Assembly: GCA_002189035.1 (NCBI GenBank)
Contig: NEEC01000156.1
Location: forward strand, 1 to 24,795
DNA length: 24,795 nucleotides
Direction: 5' to 3'
Origin: Utricularia gibba
Lineage: Eukaryota; Plantae; Magnoliophyta
Shown here: piece by piece, positions 1 to 10,947 of the stretch
Position numbering within the stretch: the stretch's first letter is position 1
Layout: each line of letters opens with the position of its first letter
Translations under genes and position numbers: made by a program
Notes under the pieces: generated by a model
Seen by the model: only the letters and a program-made list of their open reading frames with translations
Databases searched by the model: none
Told to the model about the DNA's origin: nothing

Positions 1-34
1 GACCAATAACAATATGGGGCCTATCTGGGTATGA

Positions 35-40
35 AGCCCA
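35..40 (-). promoter_or_regulatory. Site II-like element (TGGGCT on the minus strand) in the DRP1E upstream region
   Basis: AGCCCA at 35-40, about 300 nt upstream of the ATG. Site II (TGGGCY) elements are typical of plant cell-division and housekeeping promoters. A single hexamer is weak evidence. Confidence 0.3.
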
Positions 41-336
41 TTTCAGCATACCATCATCCAGCCTGCTTCCGTCCCGACCCACCACTTTCTCCGGGAGGAC
101 CCTGGTAATTCAAACTTGGAATTCTAGACGTTTGACGTCCACACCGTAGCACGGGTGAGTCCGACAGCAGGTCATAACCCCCTCTCTCGCCGCTTTCTGC
201 TTCTCTTGGTCCGCTCGAGTCAAATCAACTGGTCGTGGACTGCGTCTGTTGTTGTTAACTTCCTTTCGAAGTATCGTTCGGTTGAGAACTGGTTCTGTTC
301 GGCAACTGCGTCATTTGATCTAGATCCGTGGGTTCT

Positions 337-3300
337 ATGGCGACGATGGAGAGTTTGATTGGGCTGGTGAACAGAATTCAAAGGGCTTGCACTGCACTAG
401 GTGATTACGGCGGCGATCAGGCGTTTTCTTCCTTATGGGATGCCCTCCCCTCCGTTGCCGTTGTCGGTGGGCAGGTCGGTGTCGGATTATGTTTAGTGGC
501 TTGGGGAAGTCCGAATGTGGAATTGAAAAGTATTAGATCCATGCGGGTTCCTAGTTTTGGTGAATTACGCATAAAATGATCATATTAGAGGGGTTTTTTT
601 AAAATTCGTTTCTGCTTCTTGCTGGATCCAGAGTTCTGGAAAATCATCCGTGTTGGAGAGCATAGTAGGACGCGATTTTCTGCCTCGGGGTTCTGGTAAG
701 CCTTACGTCCTGTGTTATTTAGGAGGTTGTGCAATGAAATGATTGTGCAGTACTATATGATTTTCTGAATATTTGTGAGCAGGAATTGTTACTCGACGGC
801 CACTGGTGTTGCAACTGCAGAAAACAGAACAGGGGCAGCAGGAGTATGGAGAATTTGGGCATTTGCCTCGTAAAAGATTTACTGATTTTTGTAAGCCCTG
901 AAGTTTACCACTCTTGGAATATGGTGTTGTTCCCTTTCACTTTTATCTCACTGAAAACTTCTTTCTGGCGTAGCTTTGCTTCGCAAGGAAATTCAGGATG
1001 AAACTGACAGAGTAACTGGAAAGACGAAGCAAATATCTCCCGTTCCTATTCACTTAAGCATCTATTCTCCCCATGGTATTTCTCTAGTTTCTCACCTAGG
1101 GGCTATTTCTTCTACTGGAAAATTTCCAAACCTGTCCCTTTTCTTTTTCATATATTGCAATTCCCTCGTTTCTCATTTTAATGATAAATTTGCTGTTGCA
1201 GTTGTCAACTTGACGTTGATTGATCTCCCTGGGTTGACAAAGGTTGCTGTCGGTATGTGTGTTTTCTTTTTTTTTTTTTTTTCAGCATGGAGGTCTGCGT
1301 CATTCTCAGATTTTTTTATATGTTTTAATTCCATGTAGAGGGCCAACCTGAAAGTATAGTTCGAGATATTGAAAACATGGTTCGTTCTTATGTTGAGAAG
1401 GTACTAACAGGGACTTTTTACCCCCTTTTTCATGATATTATGCCATGGGCTTCATTTTATTGTTGTATATCATATAGCCCAACTGTATCATATTGGCTAT
1501 ATCTCCTGCAAATCAAGACATTGCCACATCAGATGCTATTAAAATTGCAAGGGAAGTTGATCCTTCGGGTGAGAACCTTGTGTGTGATAAAGAGTCAGAT
1601 GCCTGATGCGAATGTTTTAAGGTTGTGGTAAAGAGTTTATTCATCTTGGAAAGGTGAACGAACATTTGGGGTGCTGACCAAGCTTGATTTGATGGACCAA
1701 GGAACGAATGCACTTGATGTATTTTCCTTCTCTCCCAAGTCCTCTTTTTTCTTTGTATTCAAGTCATTCACCCTCTAATTTTTTGTTCTCTTATAGAGTT
1801 TTTTTTTTTGCTTGTGTGTGTGCATCTAAATAGGTGCTGGAAGGAAGGGCTTATCGTTTGCAACATCCTTGGGTGGGTATTGTGAATCGTTCACAAGCAG
1901 ACATTAACAAAAACATCGACATGATTACTGCCAGGAAAAAGGAACGCGAGTATTTTGCAACAAGTCCTGACTACGGGCACTTGTCTAGTAAAATGGGTTC
2001 TGAGTATCTTGCAAAGCTTCTCTCTAGGGTATATCTGGGATGCTATTTTAATATTTTTCCTACTCCAGGATGTTTCTTTTAATCATTTTTTTAATTTTTT
2101 ATTTCAGCACCTCGAATCTGTGATAAGGGCAAGAATACCAAGCATCACTTCACTGATTAACAAAAGTATTGATGAACTGGAATCTGAGATGGACCAACTT
2201 GGAAGGCCAATTTCCCTGGATGCCGGGGTCTGTTGTTTGACTTTCCTGTAGTTGTGATTATTATGTCTGTGGCTGACGTTTGTTTTCAGGCCCAACTGTA
2301 CACAATTCTGGAACTTTGTCGTGCTTTTGACAAAATATTCAAAGAGCACCTGGATGGAGGGTAAGCTCCAACATTTCGCCATATTTCTTCAAGAGCCATA
2401 TGATTTATTTAAATCAGTGTGCAATTTTAAACTAAGCACTATTTCAGCCGACCTGGGGGTGATCGTATTTATGGAGTGTTTGACAATCAGCTTCCAGCGG
2501 CGTTGAAGAAACTCCCATTTGATCGTCATTTATCAATACAAAGTGTCCGAAAGATTGTTTCGGAAGCTGATGGCTACCAACCCCACTTGATCGCACCGGA
2601 GCAAGGTTACAGACGGCTTATTGAGGGCTCTCTGAATTATTTCAGGGGCCCTGCTGAAGCTTCTGTGGATGCAGTATGTGTTACTGAGAGAAGCCTCTTT
2701 TCATCCATGCGATATTTAATATCAAATTGCCAAAAAAAAAAAAATCCATGTAACTGTTCGCCTGCAGGTTCATTTTGTCCTCAAGGAGCTTGTCAGGAAA
2801 TCAGTTGGGGAGTGTCAGGTGAGTTTAACGATGTTAGATGTTTCTTTATTTAATTGTTGTATTTACCGAAGTTGCTGTTTGGATGTGATAGGAGTTGAGA
2901 AGATTTCCATCTATGCAATCCGCTATTGCTGGAGCAGCAAATGAAGCTCTGGAGAGGTTCCGCGAGGAGAGCAAGAAAACAGTAATTAGGTTGGTCGATA
3001 TGGAATCCTCGTATCTGACTGTCGATTTCTTCCGGAGACTACCTCAGGAGGTCGAGAAAGTTGGAAACCCAGGTAGTGGCTCCAAGGATTCGACCCTGAG
3101 TGCTTCAAACCCAGATCGTTATGCAGAGGCGCACTTCAGGAGGATAGGATCGAACGTCTCGTCGTATGTTAGTATGGTCTCAGAGACTCTAAGGCACACT
3201 ATTCCCAAGGCTGTGGTTTACTGTCAAGTTAAGGAGGCAAAGTCTAATTTACTCAGTTTCTTCTATACCCAAGTTGGGAAGAAAGAGGTACACCATTTTC

Positions 3301-3512
3301 CGTTGTTGCTACCATCTGATTCACTCTTGCCCTGTACCCCCCGTGCCCTTTTCAAATAAGATATCTCGGGTGATATTACTCAGGGTGCACAGCTTTCTGA
3401 CCTTCTGGATGAAGATCCAACGCTGATGGACAGGAGACTCCAGTGTGCCAAACGGCTCGAACTTTACAAGAAAGCAAGGGATGAGATCGAGTCCGCTTCT
3501 TGGGTTCGGTAA
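337..3512 (+). CDS. DRP1E: Dynamin-related protein 1E (phragmoplastin-like large GTPase), 15 exons, 622 aa
   Basis: Exons 337-474, 632-695, 783-890, 974-1075, 1202-1252, 1339-1400, 1478-1568, 1654-1718, 1834-2028, 2108-2227, 2290-2360, 2448-2673, 2768-2818, 2892-3287, 3384-3512. All introns are GT-AG and the 1869 nt join in one open frame. The protein starts [18 protein letters not shown] and has the P-loop GGQSSGKSS, DLPG, TKLD and C-terminal ...[14 protein letters not shown], matching the plant DRP1 C/E subgroup. Confidence 0.95.
1267..1282. repeat. T16 homopolymer in DRP1E intron 5
   Basis: Sixteen consecutive T, seen directly. Confidence 0.9.
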
Positions 3513-4501
3513 ACCTGAGTTGCATATATTTATATACACACAACAGCTCATGATGGTAGTCGTGCATACATACCCTGATGTGGGTTGTAGCGCGGCGTTC
3601 ATTCTTCATTCTTCTACTATCCATCCGGTGGAGCTTTTCCCACATTCGCTGTTACTTGCATGAATTTTCCCTGCAGCTCGATGTATTTATTTACTCCTAG
3701 GTATCTGTGCTACTGGGGCTGAAATTGAAAAAGATGGTGGAATTCTACAAACATGACATATTCTTTTGGTTTTATATTGAGAATGATTCTGATGTCTACC
3801 AGAAGCGATGAGCACCACATTAAAAAAAGAAGTCGACGTGGTGCCAATTCCGTGCCACACGTTCTGCGAGGAGGAGGATGAGTTCCATGTTCCTTTCATA
3901 TTTGTGGCTGGTGCAACAGAATGCCGGTGGCCCGGAGTACCCCGTCGGGGCCTGAAGGACGTTCCGTCGGAGAATTGGAGTACTCGAATGGGGCAGGCCG
4001 CCCTCTCCTCTATCTCCTCCTGTCCTGGTGTTCCTCCCCGGTGCCACCGATTGATTCCCACTGCCCACCCGACTCTCCAACGTCCAAACGCAATAATTGA
4101 TTCCCACACTTTCCACTCCCGCCCCTACCACTCACTCACCTCTCATCCCATTTTTATTAAAAAAAGAAAATCGTTTTCAAAAAGGAACATTCCATCCATC
4201 ATGTGTCGAGGCATGGACACGTGGGATGATTTTAGAAATGTGGTATGTGTGTGTACTGTGTATCTTCTATGCTAATTTTTTTTTGTCTTAATTTATGAAA
4301 AAATTGATCACCGTGAAGCAGTCGATGGAAAGTGAAATGTTATTTAATGGTGCACGTTTCCCAAATGAGCGGAGGCCGGTGATTTCAATCATCGCTTCCT
4401 TGTAGAATACGTATGATGATCGATTATCGTAATTAATATAAAAATAGGTTGAAAAATGTTATTACGTTTTTATTTCTGTTCCCTGTCCCCTGTCCCCGTG
4501 G

Positions 4502-4522
4502 TATATATATATATATATATAT
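4502..4522. repeat. (TA)10 microsatellite about 95 nt upstream of the ABCC ATG; may double as a TATA element
   Basis: tatatatatatatatatatat is read directly at 4502-4522 and is followed by a GA-rich leader (4561-4585). Confidence 0.9.
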
Positions 4523-4616
4523 GTTTAGTGTTCAGATCATTTCTCTTACCTTGGCAGCGAGGCAGAGGAGAGAGAGGGAGAGGGGCTTCTGGGTTCTCCT
4601 CCACGAATTAAATTAG

Positions 4617-7600
4617 ATGGTGTTGGAGAAACTGGGCTTCGCTGCTCCTCCAGGTAAGCTGCTCTTCTTCTTCTTCATTTCTGGTTCCCAGTCTCGATCA
4701 TGCATGCAGGGGCACACACATTGAAGGTCATTGCAAATATTGCCTTTCTTTATGATACACGTCTGAGATCTTGCATCTCCGTCGTGAATATATAGCGGAG
4801 AGTATTCAGTTATGCTCATGCTCCAGCACCATTTTTTTTCTTCTGTGTGGGATGCAGAGCGTAGAGACCCATTTTTGTGTGTGTGTGTAAGGGTCTGAGT
4901 CTGTTCTCTCAATTCTGAGGATGGGTCGTAGTCCTCACAGATGGTGGTGGGCCACTTGCATAGAATGTTGTTTGTCCCTTTGTTGACTGGAGTGCTCCGC
5001 ACACAGGAATACTGTATAGAATATTAGGAGCTTTGTTTGCTTTCGGATAAGAACCAAAGTTCGACTTGTGTTCTTTCAAGTGTTTTAAGTTTGAGTTTTA
5101 TTGTAAAAACAGTAGCCGAGAGAACAGAGGAAAATCGCATGTGCCTCCTAGTTCACTCCATGTGGCTTTCTGTGCCAGTTTTCTCTTATCCCAATCAAGC
5201 CATACATTTATAACTATACGTAGAAGAGAGCAACTTCTGCCTTGTTTTGCTGTCTGCTGTCACAGAAATGTTTGGATCATTTTAAAATCCTATTCTCAAA
5301 TTGGTGTTTCTATCATAGCATGTATGAAGTGCTTCCAACAATAAATACGTACTTCAGTTGAAGTATATGAACCATACAGATGTTTTCTCTCAAGTTGCAC
5401 TTCTTACCGTGTGACTTATTTCAAACTATCAGCAGATCATGTCCTTGCTGAATTACGGAGTGTGTTATGGCCACAAGTTACGTCTCCCTGCAGTGCGGAA
5501 AAAGGAAGTATACTCATCAACTTCGTATTCTTGGCTACTCTCTTGCTATCATACATCAAGAACAGGCTGTATGGTTCATACAGTGGCTTAGGAAAGACAA
5601 AGGAGGTGAGGAGCTTCCTAAGGAAAGATGTAAAATACGGTGTCTCGTACAATCTAAGCGTAGTTTGCACCGTATTGTCTTTCATTGGTCAAGTTGGATC
5701 CTTGCTGTTGATATGCCTTGGGAACAGCGATGTAGAAACTCAATGTGAATCAAAAGAGTTGCTCCTTTGGTCAAGGAGTATACAGGGGGTCGCCTGGGCG
5801 CTCACATTGGTGACTCTGTTTAAGATTCGTGATAGGAAATGCATCAGATTTCCATGGATTCTCAGGCTCTGGTGGATATCAAGTTTCCTGTTGTGTCTGT
5901 GGCACGCCACCCTGGACGCTCGATTTGTAATGAGCCATGGACAACTTGGGATGCAGGAATATGCTGAACTCACTGGTTTCCTAGCTTCGTTCTGCTTGCT
6001 TGTTTTGTCGATCCGAGGAAACATAGCTGTAACTCTCAGTTTAGACCAGGAAGCCAGTGAGCCTCTACTGAATGGCAACGATGAGAAGCAATCGAGTTTG
6101 AGGAAAGATTGCCCTTATGGAAGAGCCACTCTCATACAACTAGTGACATTTTCTTGGCTCAATCCATTATTTGAGGTTGGTTTCAAGAAAGCACTTGATC
6201 AGGAAGATGTACCCAACGTTGACATAAAAGAGTCAGCAGCCTTTTTATCAGAGGCATTTGATGATTGTCTCAAGCGTACGAGGGAGCAAGGATCAGATTC
6301 CGCGGCTTCGATCTACAAGGCTATCTTCCTTTTCATAAGAAAGAAAGCAGCCATCAATGCTATGTTTGCTGTGACAAGTGCTGGAACATCTTATGTTGGC
6401 CCTTACCTCATGAACAATTTTGTGACATTCCTGAATGAGAAGAAATATAGGAGCTTGCAAAGTGGATACCTTTTAGCACTTGGTTTTCTCGGGGCTAAAT
6501 TGGTGGAGACAACAGCTCAAAGGCAATGGATCTTTGGAGCTCGTCAACTTGGGCTTCGTCTACGTTCTGCATTGATATCCCATATTTATAAAAAGGGTCT
6601 TGTCTTGACAAGCACTTCGCGCCAGAGCCGGACTAGTGGAGAGATGATCAACTTCATGAGTGTAGATGTGCAAAGAATCACAGATTTCATATGGTACTTG
6701 AATACCGTATGGATGCTTCCCGTGCAAATTGGCCTAGCCATGTATATATTGCATCTGAATCTAGGAATGGGAGCCTTGGTCTCTTTCACAGCAACGTTCA
6801 TCGTGATGGCTATCAACATACCATTGACAACAGTTCAAAAGCGTTACCAGACAAAGATCATGGAGGCAAAGGATGACAGAATGAAAGCAACTTCAGAAGT
6901 TTTACGAAACATGAAAACACTCAAACTACAAGCTTGGGATAGCTATTACCTTGAAAAGATAGAGAGCTTGAGGAAGATTGAACATAACTGGATCTGGAAA
7001 TCTCTGAGGTTGAATGCCTTGGGTGCTTTCATCTTCTGGGGTTCACCAGCCTTCATCTCCGTTGTTTCTTTCTGTGGATGCTACATGATGGGGATTCCAC
7101 TTACAGCAGGGACGGTTTTATCTTCTTTGGCTACGTTTAGAATGCTACAAGATCCCATTTTCAGTTTACCTGATCTGCTCAATGTTATAGCACAGGGAAA
7201 AGTATCCGTGGATCGAATCTCCTCTTACCTGCAAGAAGATGAGATTCAAGTGGATGCAATAGAAAACACTTCTTTTAGCCATACAGACTATCAGGTTGAG
7301 ATAGATGGTGGAAGGTTCTCTTGGGATAAGGGCTCCATAAATCCAACACTTGATCAAATAAATTTGAGAGTGAAAAGGGGGATGAAGGTGGCAATATGTG
7401 GAACAGTTGGATCAGGCAAATCAAGCCTACTTTCCTGCATTCTCGGAGAAATGCATAAGCTCGAAGGAACCGTGAATATAAGTGGATCAAAAGCATATGT
7501 TACTCAGTCTGCATGGATATTAACGGGAAATATTAGAGAGAACATTATATTTGGAAGGCCCTACGAGAGTGAAAAGTACCTCAGAGTAATAGAAGCCTGT

Positions 7601-10589
7601 GCACTTGCAAAGGATTTGGAGCTTTTTGCTGCAGGAGATTTGACGGAAATAGGGGAACGAGGAATCAACATGAGCGGTGGTCAGAAGCAACGGATACAAA
7701 TCGCACGTGCAGTCTACCAAAACGCTGATGTATATCTTCTTGATGACCCTTTTAGTGCTGTAGATGCTCACACCGGCACTCAGCTTTACCAGGTTTCATG
7801 TCTTCTTTCAACTTCAGTTCAGATATATGACTATCCATCATGAAGTTCACTGAGTTTCTTTCTTCTTTTTTGTCTGCCCAGGACTGCTTAATGGGAATTC
7901 TCAAGGAAAAGACAGTTCTCTATGTTACTCACCAAATCGAATTTCTCCATGCAGCAGACCTCATTCTTGTGAGTAGTTTCTTCTTCTTGCAAAAAAAGTG
8001 AGGGTGTATCTGATGAGAAAAAAAACTTATCCTCAGATGATGCAAAATGGAAAAATAGCGCAAGCTGGCACTTTTGAGGAACTTTTGAAGCAAAACATCG
8101 GATTTGAAGTTCTTGTTGGGGCACACAGCCAAGCTCTGGAATCAGTACGGACAGCTAACGCTTCAAGTAGAACATGTGAGTACACGCATGAACATGATGA
8201 GAATGAAAATGACTCTGATAACAAAGGAAATCAAGAGTTTCTTCAGTCAAAGCAAGGCTCCGAGCATAATCTCAGTGTTGAGATAACAGAAAAGGAAGGC
8301 AGACTTGTGCAGGATGAGGAAAGAGAGAAAGGAAGCATTAGCAAAGAAGTTTACATGTCTTATTTGACAACCGTGAAGAGAGGTACCTTAATCCCAGTAA
8401 TTCTTCTTGCACAAACATCATTCCAAGCTTTACAGATAACCAGCAACTATTGGATGGCTTGGGCCTGTCCAAGTGCAAAGTCTGAGCCTACTGTTCCGAT
8501 CAACGTCGTGTTGTTAATATATGCACTTCTTGGCCTCGGAAGTGCACTCTGTGTGCTTCTTCGAGCTACTTTAGTGGCCATAACTGGTTTGCTCACATCA
8601 GAGAAACTTTTCAGTAAAATGCTTCACAGTGTTTTCCGAGCGCCAATGGCGTTCTTTGACTCCACTCCAACAGGAAGAATACTGAATAGGGTAATTATTG
8701 GTAGAGCATAAACTGAAGCAGCTTATACGTGTTTTCTATTTACTTCTCTTGATGGATCTACAGGCTTCCATGGATCAAAGTGTTCTTGACTTGGAGATGG
8801 CAAACAAACTAGGGTGGTGCGCTTTCTCAGTAATTCAGCTTCTTGGGACTGTAGCAGTAATGTCACAAGTTGCATGGGAAGTCTTTGTCATCTTCATTCC
8901 AGTAACAGCAATTTGCATCTGGTACCAGGTAACAAAAGCCTTATATACTAACACTTACAAATACACAGATTATGAAATCTGGTCATTTATACAGCGGTAC
9001 TATAATCCAACTGCAAGAGAGCTTGCCCGTGTATCTGGTGTTCGGAGAGCTCCAATCCTACATCATTTTTCTGAATCACTTACTGGCGCTGCAACAATAC
9101 GTGCCTTTAACCAACAAAAGCGATTTACCGACATCAATCTGCGTCTCATTGACAGCCACTCAAGGCCTTGGTTTCACAATGTATCAGCTATGGAATGGCT
9201 CTCTTTCAGACTAAACCAGTTATCCAACTTTGTATTTGCTTTCTCTCTAGTCCTGCTAGTGAGTTTACCTGATGGAATCATAAATCCAAGTAAGTGCAAC
9301 TCGTTATACTTATGGCTATCCCAAAGTATTATAATTACAGAAACTTAGAACAAGTGCACTTTTGCAGGCATTGCAGGGCTGGCAGTTACCTACGGAATAA
9401 ATCTCAATGTTCTGCAAGCTTCAGTCATATGGAACATATGCAATGCAGAAAATAAAATGATATCAGTGGAGAGGATTCTCCAGTACTCAAGTCTTGCTAG
9501 TGAAGGACCCCTTGTTATTGAAGACTCAAGGCCACCAGTAAACTGGCCAGATTTCGGATCTATTTCCTTCACGAATTTGCAGGTAAAACTCTTAATAGAC
9601 TCCCCCACCCCCCTGCAATTCTCCGCGACTCATCACAAAAAGGACATATTTTGTGAGCAGATACGTTATGCTGAGCACCTTCCATCAGTATTGAAAGACA
9701 TCACCTGCACTTTCCCAGGAAGAAAAAGAGTTGGGGTTGTGGGAAGAACAGGTAGTGGCAAGTCGACGCTTATACAAGCCATTTTCCGCATTGTAGAAGC
9801 AAGGGAAGGCTATATTTCCATTGACGGCATAGACATATCAAAGATAGGCCTCCATGATCTCAGGCAAAGACTAAGCATCATTCCACAGGATCCAGCCATG
9901 TTCGAGGGAAGTGTTAGAGGAAATCTTGATCCATTAGGACAGCACCCAGATGACGAAATTTGGAGGGTAAAAATCCTACACATAAACAAAGTTTCATGCA
10001 GCAGACTAGACATTCAATAAAATTCGTGTGCAGGCACTAGACAAATGTCAACTAGGAGATTTGTTGCGCCAAAAGCCAGAGAAACTGGAAGCTGTTGGTA
10101 TGTTTCATTTTCATTACTGCAAAAGCTTACGTGAAATCTTCGAATTCAGTTAAAGAACTACAGATTTTTACAGTGGTGGAAAATGGGGACAACTGGAGTG
10201 TGGGTCAAAGGCAGCTATTCTGTCTTGGAAGAGCTCTACTGAAGAAAAGCAGCATTCTTGTTCTCGATGAAGCAACAGCATCAGTTGACTCTGCAACGGA
10301 TGGAATAATTCAGAAGATTATAGGGGAGGAATTCAAGGAGCGAACGATTATCACAATAGCACACCGGATCCACACAGTTATAGACAGTGATCTTGTCTTG
10401 GTACTAAGTGATGGTAAGAGAAGTGATTCACTTTCTGTCTCTCTCGTTTCTCTTGAAGATTCTCGATTAAAAAGACACCTTCTTTGAGCAGGAAGAATAG
10501 CGGAGTACGATACGCCATCTAAACTGCTGGAACAAGAGAACTCTCTCTTCTCCAAACTGATCAAGGAGTATTCACACAGACTAGGGTGA
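4617..10589 (+). CDS. ABCC9: ABC transporter C family (MRP) member, ABCC9/ABCC15 type, 11 exons, 1505 aa
   Basis: Exons 4617-4653, 5436-7792, 7882-7968, 8037-8690, 8764-8928, 8995-9289, 9368-9582, 9661-9966, 10034-10097, 10174-10413, 10492-10589. All are GT-AG and the 4518 nt are in frame. NBD1 has Walker A GTVGSGKS, signature MSGGQKQR and Walker B YLLDD. NBD2 has [15 protein letters not shown] and ILVLDE. The N-terminal exon [12 protein letters not shown] resembles the GFAA-containing start I recall for ABCC9 orthologues; this exon is the least certain part. Confidence 0.93.
4876..4888. repeat. (TG)6 microsatellite in ABCC intron 1
   Basis: tgtgtgtgtgtgt, seen directly. Confidence 0.8.
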
Positions 10590-10947
10590 GAAAGCTCGAA
10601 GCTTTGAAACAAGAGGGAGAGCATAAAAAATGAAAGTGTACCTACTTCATTTTTGGTCTTTTGATGTACTACTGCAAACCGGAGTGACGGGTTCTTTAAC
10701 CCCATGAATGGGAATGACTGTTCTACTTGCTTTTATTACGTGGTTTTTTATGGTAAAAATCGATACTTTCCAAAAAATGGATATGTGAAATCATTAATGT
10801 CGGGACAAAAGATTCATTCTTTTCTTGAATCAACGGAGCGACGCGAGCTCTCGCTTTCAGATCTCGGAGAATCCGGTCATTTGTAGCGCTCCCGTGTTAC
10901 TTGACAAATCTTCACACCCCGAATCCCTGCGAATTCGGTTCTGTGTT

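Noticed and set aside
3529-3543. FIYTQ in ORF 3445-3663, resembling the phytosulfokine pentapeptide YIYTQ
   Set aside because: It is F rather than Y, lacks the preceding Asp and a signal peptide, and lies in a TA/CA-rich DRP1E 3' UTR. The ORF overlaps the last DRP1E exon out of frame.
3933-3968. RSTPSGPEGRSV (CLE-like) on the plus strand, and SFRPRRGTPGH (CEP-like) on the minus strand, within the GC-rich island
   Set aside because: Neither has the terminal H/N or the spacing of real CLE/CEP domains, neither is near a C-terminus, and no signal-peptide ORF precedes them.
4613-5002. 129-aa minus-strand ORF in ABCC intron 1
   Set aside because: Non-ATG start, translates microsatellite and poly-T sequence, and has no recognisable motif.
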